A DNA stretch of 64,000 bases. It comes from Candidatus Saccharimonadia bacterium. GTDB lineage: Bacteria > Patescibacteriota > Saccharimonadia > UBA4664. The notes under the pieces are model-generated. The model was not told where the DNA came from, ran no database searches, and worked only from the letters and a program-made list of their open reading frames with translations. The DNA lies in assembly GCA_036488585.1 (NCBI GenBank), contig DASXHH010000002.1:12-64011 (forward strand), read 5' to 3'. Made by a program: the position numbers and the translations under genes. Below, piece after piece: positions 56,365-64,000 of the stretch. Position 1 is the stretch's first letter. Each line of letters starts with the position of its first letter.

Positions 56365-58161
56365 CTAACGGTCGCGTTTAATATAGGCGACTTGGGCGGG
56401 GGTGAGGCGGAAAATGCCCTCATCGAGGCGGACCTGATCGAAGTAATGGGCCATGAAGCCGACGCTACGGGAGAGGACGAAGAGGGCATTGAAGAACTCG
56501 TGGTCAACGAGGTCGTGCAGCTCAGCCGCGGTGAAGCCTTCTTTTTCTGCCAGCAGGTCGAGCAGGATGGCGGCGATGGCACCATCAACGTTGAGGATGA
56601 GGTTGCCCTTCTTACGGACGGTCTCGGCCTCAACGCCGCGGGCGAAAGTGGTGAAACGGGCAGTCTCGAGAGAAGTGGCGAACTGAAGGAGACGCTCGAC
56701 GCGCGGGTCTGGTAGGTCAACGCGGTACTTGCGGTGGCCGATGCCGGAGATGTAGTGACGCTTCGCAGCCAGTTCTTCGACCAGGGCGGCCGGGGTGAGA
56801 CCACGCTCGACGCCGTCGAGCCAGGTGGCGGCCGCCTGGTTGATAGCACCACCGAAGCGTGGGCCAATAGTGAGCAGGCCGGAAGCAAGGCTGGAGACGA
56901 GGTCTTTGCCGGCCCGGGCGGAGACGATGGTGTTAACGGCCCCAGACACATAGGGGCCGTGATCTACCAGCAGGCGCAAAACAAAGTCGACGAATTGCTC
57001 GAGTTCGGGGCTGGAGGTCTGGCGGCCGAGGAACATGGAGATAACGATGCGGGCAAAGGAGTTATTGCTGGCAAACTGAAGTAACTCAGCGTCGAGCAGG
57101 CGGACTTCGTCGCCACGGTCGCCGGAGACGGAACTGGCCATGAGGGTGGGGCGGCGATCGGCGAGGGCGGCTGAGCGGTTTTCAGGTTCCCCGGGCGTGG
57201 CATGCGGTAGGGCGGCGATGGCATCAACTAACTCGCCGAAAGAATTGGCAGCGTGAGCACCGGCGGCGGCGAGGGCTTCACGCTTGGCCCGGGCCGATTC
57301 GTCCGCGCGCGTTGCCATGGCCTTGGCGTGGCCAAACTGGGGCGGGGTCTCGAACAGGTCGGCGACGGTGCCGGCGATGTAGGCGACCACTGGCTTAGTA
57401 ACGCGCCCGGACTGCAGCAGGTCGGCTAGTACATACTCATCGTCGCCGCCGAGTTCGCCAAAGTAGGCGATGGCCCTGGTTTCGGGGTCTGCTTCGGCTG
57501 CGAGGAAGGCCTCCTCCGGGGTTACCATCGGGAAGCGCTCCCCTCCCAGGGCCAGGCTAAATGACAAGGCGTGCCCGGTGCTCGCGACGGTGCGGATAAC
57601 CTCGTTTACCATGCCACCGGACGAAGAAATTACGGCCACTGAGCCGGACGTAAACAAGCGCGATTGTTCGAGCTGATGTGCTTGGGTGCCCCCTATGGCA
57701 CCTAATTTGAGCACACCGGGCACCACCAGGCCGACGCTGGCTCCCCCGATTACCCAAAGACCACGGCGGCCGGCCTCGTCGTACAGTTCAATGGCATGGC
57801 GCTCAGGTAGGCCTTCGGCAAAGACCACTCCGCCAATCAGGGCCGGCAGTTTGTCCATGGCTTCGCGGGTGGAGCGCAGCACACGGCGGCCAGATGAGAG
57901 GTTGAGAAACAGGTTAGCGTGCTTTCGGGTAGACGCAGGAACGTGGTCCAGGGTGGCGCAGACCGGCAACATGACCTCGTCGGGGCCGAAGAAGTAGCGC
58001 TCGTGTTTACGACCGGTAGCCACGATGGCATCGACGCTAGGACGCTTACGGCCAGCTAGGTAATCGAAGTCGAGGATGGACTGAACGATACCCCGGTGGC
58101 TGCCCAGGCAGACAATATGGGGATCGAGCTGGCGCAGATTGGTGATGTCGATGGCGGACAT
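56365..58161 (-). CDS. aclA: ATP-citrate lyase large subunit (CoA-binding SCS-alpha-like domain + citrate-synthase-like domain)
   Basis: 598 aa; 'HGPYVSGAVNTIVSARAGKDLVSSLASGLLTIGPRFGGA' and 'NLILNVDGAIAAILLDLL…FVLSRSVGFMAHYFDQ' are near-signature ACLY motifs; 'FGHAKA' phospho-His region. Confidence 0.8.
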   Translation of the reverse strand: MSAIDITNLRQLDPHIVCLGSHRGIVQSILDFDYLAGRKRPSVDAIVATGRKHERYFFGPDEVMLPVCATLDHVPASTRKHANLFLNLSSGRRVLRSTREAMDKLPALIGGVVFAEGLPERHAIELYDEAGRRGLWVIGGASVGLVVPGVLKLGAIGGTQAHQLEQSRLFTSGSVAVISSSGGMVNEVIRTVASTGHALSFSLALGGERFPMVTPEEAFLAAEADPETRAIAYFGELGGDDEYVLADLLQSGRVTKPVVAYIAGTVADLFETPPQFGHAKAMATRADESARAKREALAAAGAHAANSFGELVDAIAALPHATPGEPENRSAALADRRPTLMASSVSGDRGDEVRLLDAELLQFASNNSFARIVISMFLGRQTSSPELEQFVDFVLRLLVDHGPYVSGAVNTIVSARAGKDLVSSLASGLLTIGPRFGGAINQAAATWLDGVERGLTPAALVEELAAKRHYISGIGHRKYRVDLPDPRVERLLQFATSLETARFTTFARGVEAETVRKKGNLILNVDGAIAAILLDLLAEKEGFTAAELHDLVDHEFFNALFVLSRSVGFMAHYFDQVRLDEGIFRLTPAQVAYIKRDR

Positions 58162-59351
58162 TAGTTAACCTCCGTATTTTCAAGGCTTTGGGCCGCGGCC
58201 GGAATGATCTTAGACATGGTGAGCTCAGGACCGGCGACCAGACCGTGCAGGCCCTCCCGGATGAGGAAGGCCTCCATTTGGGCGAGACCCTCGACCTCAT
58301 GTGGGCCGCCACGGCGCACGAACACCTTGATTTGCTGGGCGCGCAGCTGCTCCTTAGTCTCGTCCAGAGCCCGGATAACACCCTTGAGGGTCTGGCGAAT
58401 ATCGGTGAAGTTGGCCACTCCCCCGCCGATGATTAGGACTTTGCGAGGTGAATTTGATTTGAGCATGAGGCTTAAGACCTGGCGGGTGTAGAGATAGGTT
58501 TCTTCAACATTGGGGTTGCCGGAATACTCGCCGTAGTTGGCTAGCTGGGCGCCGTAGCCGAGGTTGGCAACCTCGTCGGCCATGACGATGCTGGCGCCGC
58601 CGCCGGACAACAGTAGGAAGAAGGCGCCATCGGGGTTAATGACTTTGAGGGCGAAGGAGGCTTGGGACTGGCTTGCTAGCTCAACCACGGCCTGCTCTTC
58701 TGGGGTTTTGGTGCCGAGCTCGCGGAAGTCGGCCGGGGTCCAGCGCTCATGCACGAAGGGGGCGGCTTGGTCATCCACTTCTACGGCGGCATCTAGGAAT
58801 TGGGGTACCCCCGACGTGACCACGAGCGGATTGATTTCGAGGAAGGAACAATAGTTGTCCTGGAAGACGGCGGCGAGACGATCGAGGGAACCTGATGATA
58901 GGCCAAGGGTGTCCTCGATGCGGCCGGAGCTAGAGGGCACCAGATGTTCGCGGACGATTTCAGAAGCTTGGGATTCAACGTTGATGCCGCCAAGCTTGGA
59001 GAACATCACCATATTGCCGGCTCGGGCCCGCTCGATAGCGAGGTAGTACTCGGCGGAATCTTCATGAGGAGCGAAGGGTTCCACGAGCAGGTAACGGTAA
59101 CCTTTGGCGACGAGGGATTCGAGGGCCTGGGGAACGTCACTTGATGCAACGTCGAGCAGCACGAGTCCCTGTTTGAAGCGGCCCTTCACACCTTGATCGA
59201 CCTTAACCACAAACCGTCCTTCGGGCTGCAGGCGCTTGAGCTGGGATGCCAGCGGGCGGTCGGCATCGACCGAGATGCCGTGGTAAGGCAGGCCGAGAGC
59301 GTCGCTTAGGATGGTTTTGGCACGGTATTCTGAGATCTTTTTTCGCGGCAC
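58161..59351 (-). CDS. aclB: ATP-citrate lyase small subunit (ATP-grasp, SCS-beta-like)
   Basis: 396 aa; 'FLEINPLVV', 'LANYGEYSGNPNVEETYLYTRQVLSLM', 'VFVRRGGPHEVEGL' match ACL/ACLY N-terminal region; stop overlaps aclA start. Confidence 0.75.
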   Translation of the reverse strand: MPRKKISEYRAKTILSDALGLPYHGISVDADRPLASQLKRLQPEGRFVVKVDQGVKGRFKQGLVLLDVASSDVPQALESLVAKGYRYLLVEPFAPHEDSAEYYLAIERARAGNMVMFSKLGGINVESQASEIVREHLVPSSSGRIEDTLGLSSGSLDRLAAVFQDNYCSFLEINPLVVTSGVPQFLDAAVEVDDQAAPFVHERWTPADFRELGTKTPEEQAVVELASQSQASFALKVINPDGAFFLLLSGGGASIVMADEVANLGYGAQLANYGEYSGNPNVEETYLYTRQVLSLMLKSNSPRKVLIIGGGVANFTDIRQTLKGVIRALDETKEQLRAQQIKVFVRRGGPHEVEGLAQMEAFLIREGLHGLVAGPELTMSKIIPAAAQSLENTEVN

Positions 59352-59389
59352 TGCGAACCTCTCGTAACACCGCCATGATACCCGTCGGG

Positions 59390-60313
59390 TTAGTTCTTGG
59401 CTAGGCGTACTTGGAAGGCGACGATGGTCTGGCGGAGGCCGTCTTCGAGCGAAACTTCGGGTTTCCAGCCGAGTTCGCGCTGAACTTTGGTGGTATCGGC
59501 CAGGAGTTCGGGCGGATCACCGGCGCGTTTGCTGAGGTCTTGGATGGTGGTGCGCTTACCGGTGAGTTTAAAGATAAGTTCGACAACGTCTTTGACCTTG
59601 GTGGCCCGGCCTGAGCCGAGGTTATAAACGTGGAGGCCATCGTGGTTTAGGCCCATGAGGTGAGCGCGAGCGATGTCGTCTACAAAGAAGAAGTCGCGGG
59701 TTTGCTGGCCGTTCCAATAAAGCGGGATGGGCCGGCCGGTGAGAGTGGCTTTGATAAAGTTCGGAACAGCGTGAGTTTCGGGATCATGGGCCTCAGTGGG
59801 GCCGTAGGGGTTGAAGTAACGGAACATGGTGGCGTGGAAGCCGTATGAAGCGTGATAGGCATGCAGCAAGGCCTCGAAGGCGAGCTTGGTGGCACCATAG
59901 GGGTTGATGGGCAGTGTGGGGTCGGTTTCTTTAATGGGCACGCGAGTGGGATCGCCATAAACGGCGGCGGACGAAGAGTAGACGATGCGCTTTACGCCGT
60001 GCTTGCGCATAGCCTCGAGCAAGTTTATGCCGCCGCCGAGGTTGATATCGAAGGCTTTCTGGGGGTCGGCGACGGATTCGGGGACGAGGGCCTGACCGGC
60101 GAGGTGCACAACGGCGTCGTGGCCGCTTACGGCCCGGGAGACGGCCACGAGGTCGCGGAGGTCGCCCTCGATAAGGGTGGCGTTGTCGGGGACGGAGTCT
60201 TTATGCCCCACCGACAGGTCATCGAAGACAGTAACCTGGTGGTCGGCCTCAAGCAATTTGGCAGCCACTCGCCCGCCGACGAATCCGGCCCCACCTGTTA
60301 CAAGAAGTTTCAT
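59390..60313 (-). CDS. galE: UDP-glucose 4-epimerase / NAD-dependent sugar epimerase
   Basis: '[14 protein letters not shown]' Rossmann, 'YSSSAAVYG', 'YGATKLAFE' (YxxxK) motifs. Confidence 0.8.
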   Translation of the reverse strand: MKLLVTGGAGFVGGRVAAKLLEADHQVTVFDDLSVGHKDSVPDNATLIEGDLRDLVAVSRAVSGHDAVVHLAGQALVPESVADPQKAFDINLGGGINLLEAMRKHGVKRIVYSSSAAVYGDPTRVPIKETDPTLPINPYGATKLAFEALLHAYHASYGFHATMFRYFNPYGPTEAHDPETHAVPNFIKATLTGRPIPLYWNGQQTRDFFFVDDIARAHLMGLNHDGLHVYNLGSGRATKVKDVVELIFKLTGKRTTIQDLSKRAGDPPELLADTTKVQRELGWKPEVSLEDGLRQTIVAFQVRLAKN

Positions 60314-60360
60314 GGTGGGTATTGTAGCACCAAGGATCTAGAGCGCGGCCGGATGACGGC

Positions 60361-61278
60361 TTGCTTGAGCTCATTCGGCCACGGTACTCTAATGTTATGC
60401 CATGGCAAATAGCTATAAGCCTTTCAATAATGGCGAACGTGGTAACGGCTTTAATCCAGCGGCGTTACTCGCAAAGATCGTCCGCACCAGCTACCTTCCC
60501 GCCGGCGGTGTCCTATCTGTTGGGTGTTTGTCCGCTGGGCATTTTGGTAGGCCTCTTGCTCCCCCACCAGATCCATTGGTCGTGGTTAATTGTCTGGCTG
60601 ATAGTTCTTAACAGCGTGGTGATGGCCATTTCCAATTGGATAAGCTTCGCGGCGGTGTCCCGGCTGCCGGTGGTCCAGTACCAGACGATCAACCAGTTTT
60701 ATGAGGTGGTCGTAATATGCCTGGGCTGGGTCGTTTTGGGAGAGAGATTGAACGGCTTTCAGCTGACCGGCACCGCCTTGTTGTTTGTGGCAGCGCTACT
60801 CGCCATCCGGGCCCCAGTAAAAAACCTGGAGAAGTCTCATCAAAAAATCCACTTCCAATCTGTGGTTTTAACTTTGGCAGCCGCTACTACGTTGGGAATA
60901 GCCCTGATCATTGAAAAGGCCGCCCTTGGCCATATGGATATCGGTGCTTATTTAATTTTCGGTTACTCTGCCCAAACCGTGGCGATGCTGGTCCTGGCAA
61001 TCAAGGACGTAAATAGGCGGACGCTGCGGGCGTTTGGTAAACGGGAGATCAAATGGTCGGCAGCGATGGGCTGGGCGAATGCGATAACGGGCGTATTTTA
61101 CGTAATGGCAATCGTATTTTCTAATAATATCTCGCTGGTGACAGCGATAGCAGCCATCACATTGCCGCTGCTTGCGCTCGGAGCCTTTGTGGCACTCAAA
61201 GAGCGTGAGAACCAAAGCATGCTCTGGCTGGGATTAGGGGTCGGCTTTTTGGGGCTACTGGTGACAGCGATCCCTTAA
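60361..61278 (+). CDS. DMT-superfamily (EamA-like) transporter
   Basis: 305 aa, 10 TM helices in 5+5 arrangement; may start at internal ATG 60397. Confidence 0.55.
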   Translation: MLELIRPRYSNVMPWQIAISLSIMANVVTALIQRRYSQRSSAPATFPPAVSYLLGVCPLGILVGLLLPHQIHWSWLIVWLIVLNSVVMAISNWISFAAVSRLPVVQYQTINQFYEVVVICLGWVVLGERLNGFQLTGTALLFVAALLAIRAPVKNLEKSHQKIHFQSVVLTLAAATTLGIALIIEKAALGHMDIGAYLIFGYSAQTVAMLVLAIKDVNRRTLRAFGKREIKWSAAMGWANAITGVFYVMAIVFSNNISLVTAIAAITLPLLALGAFVALKERENQSMLWLGLGVGFLGLLVTAIP

Positions 61279-61304
61279 GGGAGATAACTCCAGACATTAC
61301 CTGA

Positions 61305-62826
<1,522 letters not shown>

Positions 62827-62830
<4 letters not shown>

Positions 62831-63387
62831 CCGAGGCCAACCCCTGGAAGGTGAAGAGCTCGCGGGTGGTGTACGAGAACCCGTGGATGCGGGTGCGGGA
62901 AGACAGCGTGATTACCCCCACCGGCAAGGACGGTATTTACGGCGTGATGGAATCGCAGGACTCCGTGATGGTAGTGGCGCTAAACGAGCGCCACGAAGTG
63001 TTGCTGGTGCGGACTTTTTCGTACCCCGACCAGTCGTGGAACTGGGAACTGCCAGGCGGAGGCGGCGACGCGGAGGATCCGGCAGTGGCGGCGGCCAGAG
63101 AGCTGGAGGAAGAGACCGGCCTCCGGGCGCGCGTTTGGGAGAAGCTGGGCGCCACCCGAGTCTGCAACGGCTTTATGACCGAGAAGATGGCTGTGTACCT
63201 GGCCCATGACCTGACGGCTTCCGGGCATAAGGAAGTAGCGGATGAGCAGGTATCGCAGCAAAAGTTCTTTGGGCTAGCCGAGGTGGCCGGTATGGTGGCC
63301 CGGGGCGAAGTAAACGACGGCCAGAGCATTACGGGGCTATATCTGCTCGAGCGCTGGCTAGATAAACAACGTAGCAAGGAGGACTAA
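62827..63387 (+). CDS. NUDIX hydrolase (ADP-ribose/NDP-sugar pyrophosphatase-like)
   Basis: Nudix box 'LPGGGGDAEDPAVAAARELEEETGL'; 186 aa. Confidence 0.8.
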
Positions 63388-63388
63388 A

Positions 63389-63961
63389 ATGGCAGTCGCA
63401 ACGACTGAAGTGACCGGGCATACGACCGAAATTCCGGGATTATTGGTATTCGACGTAACAACTGTGGGTGACGAGCGGGGGTGGTTTCAGGAAAAGTTCC
63501 ATAAGCAGAAGCTGGTAGCGGCCGGCCTGCCCGAGGAATTCAACGTGGTCCAAAATAGCTTAGCGTTTAATAAGCGAGGGGTAACGCGCGGGTTTCATGC
63601 TGAGCCCTGGGATAAGTATGTGTCGATCGTGAATGGTAAGGCGTTTGTGGCTTACGTGGACCTGCGCCAGGGCGAGAGTTTTGGTAGGGTAGTGTCTTTA
63701 GAGCTAGATCCGCAGAAGGCGGTGTTTGTGCCGGCAGGCGTGGGTAATTCTTACCAGTGCCTGACTGATGATTTGTACTATCTGTACAGCGTGAACCAGC
63801 ACTGGACGCCGGATGCCTACGAGAAGTACACATTTGTCAACCTGGGCGACCCTGAGCTGGACGTGAGGTGGCCGATAGCATTGGACAAGGCGATTTTGTC
63901 GGATAAGGACCGGAACCATCCGCTACTGAAAAATGTTAAACCGATGGAGGTACAAGCGTGA
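63389..63961 (+). CDS. rfbC: dTDP-4-dehydrorhamnose 3,5-epimerase
   Basis: 'DERGWFQEKFHKQKL', 'RGFHAEPWDKYVS', 'VFVPAGVGNSYQ' cupin motifs of RmlC. Confidence 0.85.
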   Translation: MAVATTEVTGHTTEIPGLLVFDVTTVGDERGWFQEKFHKQKLVAAGLPEEFNVVQNSLAFNKRGVTRGFHAEPWDKYVSIVNGKAFVAYVDLRQGESFGRVVSLELDPQKAVFVPAGVGNSYQCLTDDLYYLYSVNQHWTPDAYEKYTFVNLGDPELDVRWPIALDKAILSDKDRNHPLLKNVKPMEVQA

Positions 63962-64000
63962 AGGCGATAATAATCGGAGCGTACGGGCAGCTGGGTAAGG
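63958..64000 (+). CDS. rfbD: dTDP-4-dehydrorhamnose reductase, 5' end only (runs off window)
   Basis: GTG start overlapping rfbC stop; 'VKAIIIGAYGQLGK' matches RmlD N-terminal Rossmann motif. Confidence 0.5.
   Translation, partial: MKAIIIGAYGQLGK

Overview
This 64-kb window is high-GC (roughly 60% judged by eye, not computed) and gene-dense. It is largely protein-coding on both strands, with most of the sequence being housekeeping-type genes and several short accessory stretches in between. No CRISPR array or rRNA was seen.

Core content I can support from sequence:
- Three tRNA genes: an initiator-type tRNA-Met on the minus strand, an elongator-type tRNA-Met(CAU), and tRNA-Asn(GUU).
- A minus-strand F-type ATP synthase operon in the order c-like/b/delta/alpha/gamma/beta/epsilon. 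It is highly divergent, carries an inserted histidine-phosphatase gene, and has no subunit-a gene in the window.
- glmS, a mannose-1-phosphate guanylyltransferase-like gene, lexA, tag, an MGMT-family gene, pgeF, and a VanW-family gene.
- A two-subunit ATP-citrate lyase (aclB, aclA).
- galE and a dTDP-rhamnose cluster (rfbB, rfbC, start of rfbD) with two NUDIX genes embedded in it.
- Two ABC transporters, a two-component system, an MFS efflux pump, an AI-2E transporter, and an MprF-like synthase-domain protein.

Accessory-looking regions:
- A tRNA-Met-adjacent stretch (about 3.2-7.0 kb) of lineage-specific hypothetical proteins with a peptidase C39 fragment and a degraded tRNA-3'-end-like scar.
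- An extracytoplasmic flavin module: FMN-binding protein, ApbE flavin transferase, and a NOX/ferric-reductase-like membrane oxidoreductase, next to a DsbA-like protein.
- A tRNA-Asn-adjacent stretch (about 31.0-34.3 kb) of unknown ORFs and a NUDIX fragment bounded by 22-nt direct repeats.
- A block of small detox or stress enzymes (VOC, GNAT, SRPBCC, SDR, HD) around an unknown 256-aa protein.
- A Doc/antitoxin pair plus a replication-relaxation family protein, which looks like a mobile-element remnant.

The gene complement is odd: a very divergent ATP synthase alongside actinobacterial-type domains (DUF4232, Replic_Relax). No confident taxonomic assignment is possible from sequence alone. All calls rest on motif and domain recognition by eye; no database searches were run.
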